DNA of 61,823 bases from an uncultured Pelagibacteraceae bacterium (GTDB lineage Bacteria; Pseudomonadota; Alphaproteobacteria; Pelagibacterales; AG-422-B15), in NCBI GenBank assembly GCA_905182145.1, contig CAJJAN010000002.1, forward strand, positions 1 through 61,823, given 5' to 3'. Positions 11,900-25,786 of the stretch are shown one piece after another. The notes below the pieces were generated by a model. That model saw nothing but the letters and a program-made list of their open reading frames with translations. It ran no database searches and was not told the origin of the DNA. Each line of letters opens with the position of its first letter. Position 1 is the stretch's first letter. The translations under genes were made by a program, and so were the position numbers.

Positions 11900-13390
11900 T
11901 TACAGAGAATTATTCTTAATAAATTCTTTTGCTTTAGAAAATATTATTTTTTTTCTATCCTCAGGTATTCGTGTAAATGCATTAGCCATCATCGACATTC
12001 TGTAATTTTTTTTAATAATATTTATATTACGTTCAATAAAACTCCAATAAAGACCATCTACAATATCGCACCAATCACCTTTTTTAAAATCACTCATTTT
12101 TAAAATATAATTGGACCCACATAGATATGGTTTTGTAGCAAATATACCACCATCGCTGTAAGTTCCCATACTATAGACATTGGGCACCATCACCCAATCA
12201 CTTGAGTCTATAAACATTTCCATGAACCAGCGGTATATTTCTTGTGGATGTATGCCCGTCAAGTTCATGAGATTACTTATTACCATTAGTCTTGGAATAT
12301 GGTGTGTGTAAGCATTGGAGTTTACTTCTGAAATAAAATGATCAAGTGGCTCAATACCAGTTGAAGCATCATACCATGAAGATGTTAGTTTGCGTTTGTG
12401 ATTCCAAAAATTACTATTTATCATTTTATCTTCGTAGACGTCATAAGTCCCTTTGATAAATTCTCTCCATCCAATAATTTGTCTAATAAATCCTTCAAGG
12501 CTATTTAGTGATATTGTATTGCTCTCATTATATTTAATTGCTTCAGTTACAACTTCTCGAGGGGTAAGTAAGCCAATATTTAATAGTGGGCTGAGTAAGC
12601 TGTGAAAAACTGAGTTAGATTCAGTACTCATTGCATCTTCATAATCACCAAAATTTTTAAATCTTTCTTCTAAAAAATTCTGAAGCCATAGTAATGCTAA
12701 CTTTCTATTTGTCGGTAGAAAAAAACCATTTATGTTACCAGGGTGGCTTTTAAACTTTTTATCGACTAAAAGTTTAGTTTCCTCAATATTAATATCTTTT
12801 TTAGCAGTTGGAAGAGGGGGAATTTTGATATTTTTTGGAAGTTTTTTTCTATTTTCTTCATCTAAAGACCATTTTCCACCTAGAGGAAGTTTATTTTCAA
12901 TTAAAATATTTTCATTAATTCTTTGTAACTTATAAAAATTATTTAAAAAAGGTTTTTTATTTTTAGAAAAGTACTCATCAATCAAATTCTGATCTGTCAT
13001 GAACATCGGACTTTTAATAATTTCTAATTCTAACTTATTAGAAGAACAAAACTTGAGTATTCTTTTTCTAAAAAAAGAGTCGGGTATATCAAAAACTTTT
13101 AATTTTTTAATATTATTTAACTTGATAAATACTTTTAATTTTTTTTCATAATTATTATCTCTTTTTTGTTCATCTAACTTTTCGTAATGACATTTTAGCC
13201 CCTCTTTAACCAATGAATCTTTATAACTTCGCATTGATGCAAGAAAAAAAATTAATTTATGCTTATGAAATTTAAAGTAGCTACATAGCTCATAATCTTC
13301 AGCCATAAAAAAATGACATGACTTATATTTTTTAATATGATTTAAGGGGAAAAGTTGATTTCCTAAAATAATAAAACCTTCAGCTGACAT
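11900..13390 (-). CDS. Bacterial cryptochrome/(6-4) photolyase (PhrB/CryB family), apparently lacking Fe-S ligands
   Basis: ILGNQLF, FHKHKL, GGKWSLDEENRK, FGDYEDAM, EGFIRQIIGWREF, YTHHIPRLM, ATKPY. Confidence 0.9.
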   Translation of the reverse strand: MSAEGFIILGNQLFPLNHIKKYKSCHFFMAEDYELCSYFKFHKHKLIFFLASMRSYKDSLVKEGLKCHYEKLDEQKRDNNYEKKLKVFIKLNNIKKLKVFDIPDSFFRKRILKFCSSNKLELEIIKSPMFMTDQNLIDEYFSKNKKPFLNNFYKLQRINENILIENKLPLGGKWSLDEENRKKLPKNIKIPPLPTAKKDINIEETKLLVDKKFKSHPGNINGFFLPTNRKLALLWLQNFLEERFKNFGDYEDAMSTESNSVFHSLLSPLLNIGLLTPREVVTEAIKYNESNTISLNSLEGFIRQIIGWREFIKGTYDVYEDKMINSNFWNHKRKLTSSWYDASTGIEPLDHFISEVNSNAYTHHIPRLMVISNLMNLTGIHPQEIYRWFMEMFIDSSDWVMVPNVYSMGTYSDGGIFATKPYLCGSNYILKMSDFKKGDWCDIVDGLYWSFIERNINIIKKNYRMSMMANAFTRIPEDRKKIIFSKAKEFIKNNSL

Positions 13391-13401
13391 CTATAAAATA
13401 A

Positions 13402-13851
13402 CTATTTTCCCGTAGATCCAAAGCCAGATTCACCACGATCAGTTTCATCTAAATTTTCAACAATATCAAATTCACCAGTTACAAATCGAGAAAATACTAT
13501 CTGAGCAATTCTATCTTGAGGTTTTATAGTGTAATTATCATTACTTAGGTTTACCAAAATAACTTTAATTTCACCACGATAATCGGAGTCAATAGTTCCA
13601 GGGGTATTTAAAAGAGTAATGCCATGTTTTATAGCTAGACCAGAACGTGGTCTTATTTGAGCCTCTAAATCTTTGGGTAAACTAATTGCTATTCCTGTTG
13701 GAATTAAACTTCTTTCTAAAGGTTTTAATATTACCTCAGATTCAATATCTGCAGAAAGATCCATTCCAGCAGCACCCTTAGTCTCATAATTTGGTAATTT
13801 AAAATCAGACTTAGACGATATTTTTTTTATGTAAACTTTTATAGATGGCAT
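13402..13851 (-). CDS. dut: dUTP diphosphatase
   Basis: AAGMDL, RPRSGLA, GTIDSDYRGE, DRIAQ, RGESGFGSTG. Confidence 0.97.
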   Translation of the reverse strand: MPSIKVYIKKISSKSDFKLPNYETKGAAGMDLSADIESEVILKPLERSLIPTGIAISLPKDLEAQIRPRSGLAIKHGITLLNTPGTIDSDYRGEIKVILVNLSNDNYTIKPQDRIAQIVFSRFVTGEFDIVENLDETDRGESGFGSTGK

Positions 13852-13853
13852 TT

Positions 13854-15053
13854 TTAAACAGAAAAATAATCTGAAATACTACTAGATAACTTTTTTGCTA
13901 CATTTTCTTTGGTCATCTTATTCCAAGTTTCTGACTTATTTTTTGATATAAATACAATTTCATTTTCATCTTCACCAAAAACTTTTCCATTACTAACATC
14001 ATTTGCTAAAATCCAATCACATCCTTTAGATACAAGCTTAGCTTCTGCATTCTTATGAAGGTTTTCTGTTTCAGCTGCAAAACCAATTACAAGTTCTGGA
14101 CGCTGGGAGTTCCTTTTACCTATTCGTTTTAATATGTCAGGATTTTCTGTTAGTTCTAGGGAGATATTTTCTCCAATTTTTTTTATTTTTGTATCACTTG
14201 TTTGATTAATCTTATAATCACTGACAGCTGCTGCACATACAGCTATATCTACAGGCAATAGATTTTCAGTGGCCAATAACATTTCTTCTGCGGTATTAAC
14301 TTTAATAATTGATGGTCCTTGAGGCAATGAGATGTTAGTTGGACCAGTTATTAATGTGGTTTTTGCACCCATATCGAATAAACTTTGAGCAATTGCATAT
14401 CCTTGTTTTCCAGATGATTCATTGCTAATAAATCTTACAGGATCTATCTGCTCTTTTGTAGGTCCAGAGGTAATCAGGGCTGATAAGTTTTTTAGAGGTT
14501 GTGAGGATAGAGATAAGTCATATTCTAGAATTGAATTTATTATTTCTTGAGTTTCTGACATTCTTCCAAGACCATATTCACCACAAGCCATATCCCCCTT
14601 TTCTGGGCCAATGAATTTTATTTCATCATTAATTAACATCTGAATGTTTCTTTGGGTCGCTGGGTTATGCCACATTCTAACATTCATGGCGGGTACAACA
14701 AACACTGGCTTGTTTGTGGCCATTAAAACAGTAGAGGCCAAATCATCACAAGAGCCATAGGCCATTTTAGAAATTATATTGGTTGTTGCTGGAGCAACTA
14801 AAATTAAATCAGCCTCTCTCGATAACTGGATATGTCCCATCTTATTTTCGTCGGTAAGATTAAATAATTCAGAATAAACATGATTACCAGATAGACTCGC
14901 AACAGACAGGGGCGTAACAAATTCACTTCCAGATCTTGTTAATATACAAGTTACATTGATACTCTGATCTTTTAATTTTCTAATTAATTCTAAAGATTTG
15001 TAAGCAGCAATACCGCCAGTAATTATTAATAAAATATTTTTAATTTTTTTCAT
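13854..15053 (-). CDS. coaBC: Phosphopantothenoylcysteine decarboxylase/ligase
   Basis: GGIAAYKS, PAMNVRMW, MACGEYGLGRM, DPVRFISNESSGKQG, GFAAET. Confidence 0.96.
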   Translation of the reverse strand: MKKIKNILLIITGGIAAYKSLELIRKLKDQSINVTCILTRSGSEFVTPLSVASLSGNHVYSELFNLTDENKMGHIQLSREADLILVAPATTNIISKMAYGSCDDLASTVLMATNKPVFVVPAMNVRMWHNPATQRNIQMLINDEIKFIGPEKGDMACGEYGLGRMSETQEIINSILEYDLSLSSQPLKNLSALITSGPTKEQIDPVRFISNESSGKQGYAIAQSLFDMGAKTTLITGPTNISLPQGPSIIKVNTAEEMLLATENLLPVDIAVCAAAVSDYKINQTSDTKIKKIGENISLELTENPDILKRIGKRNSQRPELVIGFAAETENLHKNAEAKLVSKGCDWILANDVSNGKVFGEDENEIVFISKNKSETWNKMTKENVAKKLSSSISDYFSV

Positions 15054-15116
15054 TTCAGGAGCTATTTAACGCTAACACTTTGATATGTAAAATAATAAAA
15101 TATTTATAATATATAT

Positions 15117-16658
15117 TTAAATCAACAAGATAGCAGCTATAAATATTATAATAGCGCTAGAGGCTATGCCTAATAGGTTTTTGCGACTTTTTCTTCTACT
15201 TTTATTGTTATCTGAACTTAATTTATTTTCTACTATTATATCAAATGCACCTTCAGCCCTATCTAGAAAATCAGGTATGTCAGGAATTTTTCTTGCCAAC
15301 GTTTCAAGAACCTTACCTGTTTCCTTGAGCTTTGTTATTGGTCCAAGCTCATCTTTAAGCCATTTTTCTATTTCAGGTTTAGATATCTCCCAAAAATTTA
15401 TTTCAGGATTAAATTTTCTTGCGACTCCTTCAACAATAATCATTGTCTTTTGAAGCAAAAGCAATTGGGGCTGTAATGACATATTAAATTGTTTTGTTAT
15501 ATCAAATAATTGAACCAAAACTCTACCCATAGATATATCTTTTGCTTTTAGATTTATAATAGGCTCACCAATTGATCGAAGTGCTTGAGAAAAGTCATCA
15601 ATTGATTGATTGCCATCAATTAAGCCTGCTTCTTTATGAATTGCAGCAATCTTAAGATAATCCTGATTAATAAAACCAAAGATGATCTCAGCTAAAAATC
15701 TTCGATTTTTTTTATCTAATCTACCCATAATTCCAAAGTCAACTGCTATCAGATCATTATTATTACCAATAAATAAATTGCCTTGATGTAAGTCAGCATG
15801 AAAATACCCATCTCTAATTGCTTGTCTTAAAAAATTAACAATTAGTGAGTCTGCAACTTTTACTAAATTAGTTTTATTTTTTATCAATTGATCTATTTTG
15901 TCGGCTGGAATACCGTTTATTCTCTCAATTGTTAAAACTTTTTTTGTTACATATTCCCAATGAATGTCAGGCACATAAAAACTTTGATCATCTTTTGTAT
16001 TTTCTTTTAGTTCTGAAGCAGCTGCAGCTTCGTATCTTAAGTCCAGTTCAAATTTAATGATTTCTCTGGTTTTTTTAATTACAGAATTTAGTTGTAAACG
16101 CTGAAATTCACTGAAGTTTTCAAGAAAATTAGTTAACCAGTCTAATCGATACATTTCATCTTCAATAGTCTCAATTATATTGGGTCTTAATATTTTTACA
16201 GCAACAGGTATAATTTTTTCTCCATCTTTGATTTCAGCAAAGTGTACTTGTGCTATTGATGCGGCGGCTATAGGTTCACCAAAATTTTGAAATACATTGT
16301 CTATATTTTTATCAAATTGTTCTTCAATAATTTTTATAGCTTCATTTCTAGAAAATGGAGGTAAATTATCTCTCAACATAGCCATATCTTCTGCTATTTC
16401 ATTGCCGATTATGTCTGGTCTGGTTGATATCAATTGTCCCAACTTAATAAACGAAGGACCGAGTTCATTTAGTGCGGATGAAATTCTAATACCGTCAGGC
16501 ATATCTTTTGGTGATTTATTAAACGTTGCTGGAGCTAATAAATAAGTGAATAATTTAAATAAAAATTTATAGCGAATATTTTTCTCAATAAGTTTAAGAA
16601 TATTATGTTTTTTAAAGACACGAATTATCTTTAAAAAAAATAGAAAATTTGCAATCAT
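15117..16658 (-). CDS. ubiB: Ubiquinone biosynthesis kinase-like protein UbiB
   Basis: LGPSFIKLGQLISTRPD, AAASIAQVH, VAVKILRP, FHADLHQGN, DFGIMG, LQPQLLLLQKT. Confidence 0.95.
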   Translation of the reverse strand: MIANFLFFLKIIRVFKKHNILKLIEKNIRYKFLFKLFTYLLAPATFNKSPKDMPDGIRISSALNELGPSFIKLGQLISTRPDIIGNEIAEDMAMLRDNLPPFSRNEAIKIIEEQFDKNIDNVFQNFGEPIAAASIAQVHFAEIKDGEKIIPVAVKILRPNIIETIEDEMYRLDWLTNFLENFSEFQRLQLNSVIKKTREIIKFELDLRYEAAAASELKENTKDDQSFYVPDIHWEYVTKKVLTIERINGIPADKIDQLIKNKTNLVKVADSLIVNFLRQAIRDGYFHADLHQGNLFIGNNNDLIAVDFGIMGRLDKKNRRFLAEIIFGFINQDYLKIAAIHKEAGLIDGNQSIDDFSQALRSIGEPIINLKAKDISMGRVLVQLFDITKQFNMSLQPQLLLLQKTMIIVEGVARKFNPEINFWEISKPEIEKWLKDELGPITKLKETGKVLETLARKIPDIPDFLDRAEGAFDIIVENKLSSDNNKSRRKSRKNLLGIASSAIIIFIAAILLI

Positions 16659-16662
16659 AAAA

Positions 16663-17343
16663 TTAACTTTTCCAGCCTGAATGAATTGCTACAACACCAT
16701 TAAATATATTTCGGTACTCAACTTTTTCGAATCCAGCATCCCTTATCATTGTTGAAAACTTTTCCTGTGACGGAAATTTTTCAATTGTATCTACTAAATA
16801 TTTATATGGCTCCTCATCTCCAACAACAAGCTTACCTATTTTAGGTATAACCATGGAATATGTTTCATACAGTTTAGCCAATTTAGAATTCTCTAATTTT
16901 GAAAACTCTAAGCACATGAATCTACCTCCTGGCTTTAATACTCTCATGGCTTCTTCCAAGCCTTTTTGGATATCAGTAAAATTGCGAATACCAAAGCTAA
17001 CAATATAGGCATCAAAAGATTCATTTTCAAAAGGTAACTCTTCAGCAAAAGCACAAGTTCTAATTATGGAGTCTTCATATTTATCAACATTCTTTGATCC
17101 ATTTTTAAGCATACTTGCATTAGGATCACAGATAGTAGCTTTGCCATTTCCACTCACTCTTTTTAAAAAACGTCTTGAAATATCTCCTGTGCCACCAGCA
17201 ACATCAATAATATTCATACCTGGGTATGGTTTTAACCAATCAATTAAACACTCTTTCCAATATCTATGGGTTCCTAATGACATGATATCATTCATTAAGT
17301 CATATTTATTTGCTACCGCATCAAAGACTTGTTTTGTTTCCAT
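16663..17343 (-). CDS. ubiE: Ubiquinone/menaquinone C-methyltransferase
   Basis: FDAVANKYDLMNDIMSLGTHRYWK, DVAGGTGD, FGIRN, RVLKPGG. Confidence 0.95.
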   Translation of the reverse strand: METKQVFDAVANKYDLMNDIMSLGTHRYWKECLIDWLKPYPGMNIIDVAGGTGDISRRFLKRVSGNGKATICDPNASMLKNGSKNVDKYEDSIIRTCAFAEELPFENESFDAYIVSFGIRNFTDIQKGLEEAMRVLKPGGRFMCLEFSKLENSKLAKLYETYSMVIPKIGKLVVGDEEPYKYLVDTIEKFPSQEKFSTMIRDAGFEKVEYRNIFNGVVAIHSGWKS

Positions 17344-17410
17344 AAGTATTATCTAAATTTCAGGTTACTTTTACTACCTTATTAAAAGATTTTAAATATA
17401 TACTTGTACT

Positions 17411-18244
17411 ATGCCAGAATTACCAGAAGTTGAGACAGTATCTCAAGGAATTAAGTCAAAATTACTTAATTGTAAGATTAATAAGGTTTTAGTTAAGAGA
17501 AGAGATTTAAGATTCAAAATGGATTCTAAGTTTGAACAAAAAATTTTAAATACTAAAATCTATGATGTAAGCCGCAGAGCAAAATATATTTTAATACACT
17601 TAAATAATGGCTTAACCATCATTATACATCTTGGTATGTCAGGAAGAATTGCTATAGATAGCTTAAGTTCTAGTGAGAAAAAATTTAAACATACCCATTT
17701 AGAAATTTTCATGTCTAATAAGAAAAAAATGAAATTTATTGATCCAAGGAGATTTGGGTCTGTATTACTATGTGAAACTGAAAATATAGATAAACATAAA
17801 CTAATTAAAAATCTTGCTCCCGAACCACTCACAGTTAAATTTAATAAGACTTATTTGTTTTTAGCTCTTAAAGGTAGATCAGCAGATATTAAGTCAATAA
17901 TTATGAACCAGTTTATAGTTGTGGGAGTAGGCAATATTTATGCTTCTGAATCTCTATATAAAGCCAAAATTAAGCCAAATCGATCAGCTAAGTCTTTAAG
18001 TCCACTTGAGTGTGATAGGCTTGTAAAATCAATTAAAAAAGTACTAAAGAGGTCAATTAAGCTGGGGGGTTCTTCAATTAACGATTATTCTTTAGTCGAT
18101 GGTAATTTAGGCTTCTTTCAAAGAGAATTTGAGGTTTATGGAAAAGAAGGAAAATTTTGTACAAAAAAAACTTGTCATTCTAGAATATTACGAATAGTTA
18201 TAGCCCAGCGTTCAAGCTTCTATTGTGATAATTGTCAGAAGTAA
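17411..18244 (+). CDS. mutM: Formamidopyrimidine-DNA glycosylase
   Basis: MPELPEVE, HLGMSG, DPRRFG, GVGNIYASE, C-terminal Zn finger. Confidence 0.97.
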   Translation: MPELPEVETVSQGIKSKLLNCKINKVLVKRRDLRFKMDSKFEQKILNTKIYDVSRRAKYILIHLNNGLTIIIHLGMSGRIAIDSLSSSEKKFKHTHLEIFMSNKKKMKFIDPRRFGSVLLCETENIDKHKLIKNLAPEPLTVKFNKTYLFLALKGRSADIKSIIMNQFIVVGVGNIYASESLYKAKIKPNRSAKSLSPLECDRLVKSIKKVLKRSIKLGGSSINDYSLVDGNLGFFQREFEVYGKEGKFCTKKTCHSRILRIVIAQRSSFYCDNCQK

Positions 18245-18278
18245 CTGGGGTTAAAAAGTAAAATAAATATAAAAAATC

Positions 18279-18542
18279 ATGGCCAATACAAAATCAGCTA
18301 AAACAAAAGTAAGAGTTATCGAGAGAAAGACTGCTATCAATAAAGCCGTTAGAAATAGATATCGTACTTATGTTAAAAAGACAGAACTAGATATAGTAAA
18401 CAATTCAAAATCTGAAGCTCAAGCATCTATGAAAATAGCTGAAGCAGAAATAATGAGCGCTGTATCTAAAGGTATTCTACATAGAAACACTGCAGCAAGA
18501 AAAGTTTCAAGACTTGTAAAAAAAGTAAAAGCTATAAATTAA
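18279..18542 (+). CDS. rpsT: 30S ribosomal protein S20
   Basis: MANTKSA, KGILHRNTAARKVSRL. Confidence 0.96.
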   Translation: MANTKSAKTKVRVIERKTAINKAVRNRYRTYVKKTELDIVNNSKSEAQASMKIAEAEIMSAVSKGILHRNTAARKVSRLVKKVKAIN

Positions 18543-18618
18543 TTAATCAAGTTTTATCTGATACTTAAAAGTTTTAATCAAACTATTATCAAAACATAAT
18601 AACTTAAGTTACTAGATT

Positions 18619-18627
18619 CTATTCACA
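18619..18627 (+). promoter_or_regulatory. Possible DnaA box in the dnaA promoter region
   Basis: CTATTCACA, 1 mismatch to TTWTNCACA, in the AT-rich rpsT-dnaA spacer; single site only. Confidence 0.3.
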
Positions 18628-18881
18628 GTAGATTAGTGGTATAAAAGTTAGCTATTAAATATTTCTTTTTCTCATTGCGATTCAAATTTAATAACGATAA
18701 GTTATTTCAAATTAATAAATATCTTTTTATTAGTTTTTCAAAAAATTCAAATTTAAGTTTTTTAAAAAATATTTTTTTAGAATAATGTACTTTTGATTGT
18801 TTTTAAAAAACTGAAAACAATTGTATTAATTTTAAAAAAAACTAGTTACAATTTTTATATAACCTAAGAGGCAAAACTTTA

Positions 18882-20294
18882 ATGATACAAGATTTAAATT
18901 CACAACAGCCTCTTGTTTCAGATATAAAAGCTACATGGTATTCAGTACTTAAAAAACTCAATAAAGAATACGGTAATGAAATCTATAATAGCTGGTTAAA
19001 AAACTTAAAAGTTAAGACCTTAGAAAATGAAACTTTAGTTTTTTCGGTTCCTTCAAAATTTATTAGAGATTGGATTACGGCTCATTACGTTGATAAAATA
19101 ATTTTTTACATAGAAGAAGAAAATCCTGAAATCAAAAGAGTTAAAATAATAGTTGATGCTATGCTTGCAGCTGATCAAGATAGTGTAAATAGTGAAATAT
19201 TTATTGAAAAAAATAGAAAATCCAAGGCTGTTGCTTACACTCAACAATCAGATGATTGGCCCCTAGATGAAAGATTTACATTTGAAAAATTTGTTGTTGG
19301 TCATCCTAATGAACTAGCTTATGCATCAGCAAAACGAATGGCTCAGCCAGAAAAATTCGATTTTAATCCTTTATTTATTTATGGCGGAGTAGGTTTGGGA
19401 AAAACTCACTTAATGCATTCAATAGCTTGGGAAATAAAAAATCATAATGAAAATGCCAAAGTATTATATTTATCAGCTGAAAGATTTATGTTTCAGTTTA
19501 TTAAGTCTTTAAGACAAAAAGATACAATGTCATTTAAACAAAAGTTTAGATCTGTAGATGTTTTAATAATTGATGATATTCAATTTATGATGGGCAAATC
19601 TTCAACACAGGAAGAGTTTTTTCATACATTTAACTCATTATTAGATCTAAATAAAAAAGTTATCATTTCATCTGATAGGGCGCCCAGTGATTTAGATAGT
19701 TTTGATGATAGAATTAAATCTCGCTTATCTTGGGGTTTAGTGGCTGATATCCTTCCAGCTAATTTTGAATTAAGACATGAAATTTTAAAAAAGAAAGCTC
19801 AGGAACTAAGTTTAAAGTACGAGAATAAAATTAATATTCCAGAAGATGTAGTTATCTTTTTAGCTAAGACAATTGCTAATAACGTAAGAGAGTTAGAAGG
19901 TGCTTTAAATAAAGTTGTAACTTTTGCCAACCTAATGAATAGAGCTGTTGATGTTGAATTAGCTCAAACAGTTCTCAAAGATTTACTTAGATCAAGCAAT
20001 AGAAGAATTACGATTGATGAAATACAATCAAAAGTTGCCAATTATTTTAATATTAAAGTAGAAGATATTATGTCAGCTAAACGAATAAGATCGTTTGCTA
20101 GACCTCGTCAAATTGCTATGTATTTATCAAAGAAATTAACTTCAAGATCATTGCCTGAAATTGGTAGAAAATTTGGTGGACGAGACCATACAACTGTAAT
20201 TCATGCAGTTAAAAAAGTTGATCAACTTAAGTCAGAGTCAAATAAATTTGATGAAGATATTAACGTTTTAATGCAAATTATTACTTCTTCATAA
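18882..20294 (+). CDS. dnaA: Chromosomal replication initiator DnaA
   Basis: NPLFIYGGVGLGKTHL, IDDIQF, TQEEFFHTFN, NVRELEGAL, SLPEIGRKFGGRDHTTV. Confidence 0.98.
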   Translation: MIQDLNSQQPLVSDIKATWYSVLKKLNKEYGNEIYNSWLKNLKVKTLENETLVFSVPSKFIRDWITAHYVDKIIFYIEEENPEIKRVKIIVDAMLAADQDSVNSEIFIEKNRKSKAVAYTQQSDDWPLDERFTFEKFVVGHPNELAYASAKRMAQPEKFDFNPLFIYGGVGLGKTHLMHSIAWEIKNHNENAKVLYLSAERFMFQFIKSLRQKDTMSFKQKFRSVDVLIIDDIQFMMGKSSTQEEFFHTFNSLLDLNKKVIISSDRAPSDLDSFDDRIKSRLSWGLVADILPANFELRHEILKKKAQELSLKYENKINIPEDVVIFLAKTIANNVRELEGALNKVVTFANLMNRAVDVELAQTVLKDLLRSSNRRITIDEIQSKVANYFNIKVEDIMSAKRIRSFARPRQIAMYLSKKLTSRSLPEIGRKFGGRDHTTVIHAVKKVDQLKSESNKFDEDINVLMQIITSS

Positions 20295-20363
20295 GAAACA
20301 TATAATCTCATTATTATTGAATTTTAATAACAAGTCTTAATTAAATTATGTATAATACTGCAT

Positions 20364-21491
20364 ATGAAATTAAAAGTTAATAGTTCTGACCTTGCAAAGG
20401 CCTTATCCCATTTACAAGGAGTTGTTGAGCTTCGTCATACTCTTCCAATTCTATCTAATGTAATAATTAAAGCTGAAGATAATTCATTAAGACTTTCATC
20501 CACTAATTTAGATATATTCTGTTCTGAAAAAATTACAGCTAATGTAGAGATCAATGGAGAAATTTCTGTTCCAGCAATTACCCTTCATGAAATAGTAAAA
20601 AAATTACCGCAAGGTTCAGATATTGATTTCAATATGGATGAATCAGGTAATAGCATCAATATAAAATCAGGCAGATCAAGATTCAATCTGTCTACTTTGC
20701 CGACAGATGATTTTCCAGATATTTCACAAGATGATCTTTCAGTTAAATTTATTATGAATGTTGAAGATTTAAAAACCATGATTGATAAAACTAAGTTTGC
20801 AATTTCGAACGAGGAATCAAGATATTACTTAAATGGTATATTTTTTCATTCAGCACATAAAAATGGAATTGATATCTTAAGATCTGTAGCAACAGACGGC
20901 CATAGATTAGCACAATATGATATGCCACTTCCTCAAGGTGCCGAAAAAATGTCTGGTATTATTATTCCAAAAAAAACAACCTTAGAACTAAGAAGAATTT
21001 TAGATGATGCAAATGGAGATGTTCAAGTTGAACTTTCTTCAAGTAAAGTAAAATTTGTATTTAGTGAAATTGAATTAGTTTCAAAAGTTATTGATGGAAC
21101 TTTTCCAGATTATACAAAAGTGATACCACAGAATAATGATAAAAAATTGAAGACAAATATAGTTGATTTAAAGGGTGCTATTGAAAGAGTTTCAGCAATT
21201 GCAGTTAGCGAAGAGACAAAATCAAGAGGACTAAAACTTATAATTGAAAATAATAAGTTACAATTATTGGCTAACAGTGCAAGTAAAGGTTCTGCAGTAG
21301 AGGAATTAGATGTTCAATTTTCACATGAAAAACTTGAAATAGGTTTCAATTCTAGATACCTGCTTGATATTATATCAGAAATTGATGGTAATGATGTTAC
21401 ACTAAACTTTTCAGATCCTGCGGCACCAGTTTTAATTATTGATGATGCTGAGGACAATTTATTTTTTGTTCTAATGCCAATGCGCATTTAA
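20364..21491 (+). CDS. dnaN: DNA polymerase III beta sliding clamp
   Basis: PILSNV, ATDGHRLA, IDGTFPDY, GFNSRYL, VLMPMRI. Confidence 0.97.
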   Translation: MKLKVNSSDLAKALSHLQGVVELRHTLPILSNVIIKAEDNSLRLSSTNLDIFCSEKITANVEINGEISVPAITLHEIVKKLPQGSDIDFNMDESGNSINIKSGRSRFNLSTLPTDDFPDISQDDLSVKFIMNVEDLKTMIDKTKFAISNEESRYYLNGIFFHSAHKNGIDILRSVATDGHRLAQYDMPLPQGAEKMSGIIIPKKTTLELRRILDDANGDVQVELSSSKVKFVFSEIELVSKVIDGTFPDYTKVIPQNNDKKLKTNIVDLKGAIERVSAIAVSEETKSRGLKLIIENNKLQLLANSASKGSAVEELDVQFSHEKLEIGFNSRYLLDIISEIDGNDVTLNFSDPAAPVLIIDDAEDNLFFVLMPMRI

Positions 21492-21492
21492 A

Positions 21493-22599
21493 ATGCTCCC
21501 CAGTATTTTTATTTCAAAAATCATTCTTAATAACTTTAGATCACATGAGAATTTTTCTATTGATGCTAATAGTAGTAATGTTGTTTTGTTTGGTAAAAAT
21601 GGAGTTGGAAAAACTAACATTCTTGAGTCTATTTCATTACTTTCTCCGGGCAGAGGGCTTCGAAATGCAAAAAATGAAGAAATAATTAATAAAAAAAGTG
21701 GTATTAATTATAGCCTATCTGCTGACTTAAAATTAAATGATAGTTCAGTTAAAATTAAAAAATTTTTTGTAAAAGATAATTCCAATAAGTCTAATTTACT
21801 AATAGATGATGAAAAGTCTAAAACTTCAGAGTTATTAAATTTCTTAAGAGTTATATGGGTAACTCCCGTTATGGAAAAAATAATGTTGCAGTCTAATTCT
21901 GAAAGAAGAAATTTCTTTGATAGATTGATATTCAATATTGAAAAGAAACATTTAAAATCATTTTCTGCTTATAATAAATTTACAAAAGAAAGATTGCATA
22001 TTTTAAAATCTAATAACATCGATGATGGATGGTTACAGCAAATTGAAACAAATATTGCTCAGCATGCTTATGAAGTTATAAGATATCGAAAAGAAGCAAT
22101 CGATAAGATTAATGCTAATTTATCATTAATCTCGTTACCTTTTAATTCATGCATAGTTGAGCTTATTTATGATAATTCTCTTAAAATTTTGGATAATCAA
22201 GATGAATTTATTTTTAATTATTCAAATATTTTGTCAAATAATAGACAAATTGATAAAGAGCTAAATAGAACGCTCATTGGTCCAAATAAAGTAGAAGTAA
22301 GGATGTGGAAATTAGATGATAGATCAATAGAAGCTAAGTATTGCTCAACAGGTGAACAAAAATCAATATTGATTTCTATAATTTTATCTGTAAGTCAAAT
22401 AATTAGAGATTCAGAATTTGCAATGTCACCAATAATACTGATTGATGAAGCTATGGCACATCTTGATCAACACCATAGAGAGGCTTTAGTTGATGAACTT
22501 TCTAAACTAAATACACAAAGTTGGTTTACAGGGGTATCAAAAGAAATATTTAGTCATTTAGGTAAAGATACTACTTTTTTTGAAGTAAAAAATTCTTAA
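21493..22599 (+). CDS. recF: DNA replication/repair protein RecF
   Basis: NFRSH, GKNGVGKTNILESISLLSPGRGLR, STGEQK, LIDEAMAHLD. Confidence 0.95.
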   Translation: MLPSIFISKIILNNFRSHENFSIDANSSNVVLFGKNGVGKTNILESISLLSPGRGLRNAKNEEIINKKSGINYSLSADLKLNDSSVKIKKFFVKDNSNKSNLLIDDEKSKTSELLNFLRVIWVTPVMEKIMLQSNSERRNFFDRLIFNIEKKHLKSFSAYNKFTKERLHILKSNNIDDGWLQQIETNIAQHAYEVIRYRKEAIDKINANLSLISLPFNSCIVELIYDNSLKILDNQDEFIFNYSNILSNNRQIDKELNRTLIGPNKVEVRMWKLDDRSIEAKYCSTGEQKSILISIILSVSQIIRDSEFAMSPIILIDEAMAHLDQHHREALVDELSKLNTQSWFTGVSKEIFSHLGKDTTFFEVKNS

Positions 22600-22613
22600 A
22601 TAAGCTATAATAA

Positions 22614-25768
<3,155 letters not shown>

Positions 25769-25786
25769 AAATTATAAGTAAAAAAT

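Noticed and set aside
18843-18859. TAGTTACAATTTTTATA upstream of dnaA matching the 54.5-kb repeat (16-17 bp)
   Set aside because: In 62 kb of such AT-rich DNA a few 16-17-bp matches are expected by chance, and no functional link is evident.
18543-18881. oriC in the AT-rich rpsT-dnaA spacer
   Set aside because: Only one imperfect DnaA box and no box cluster; alphaproteobacterial origins are often away from dnaA. A genome-wide GC-skew analysis would be needed.
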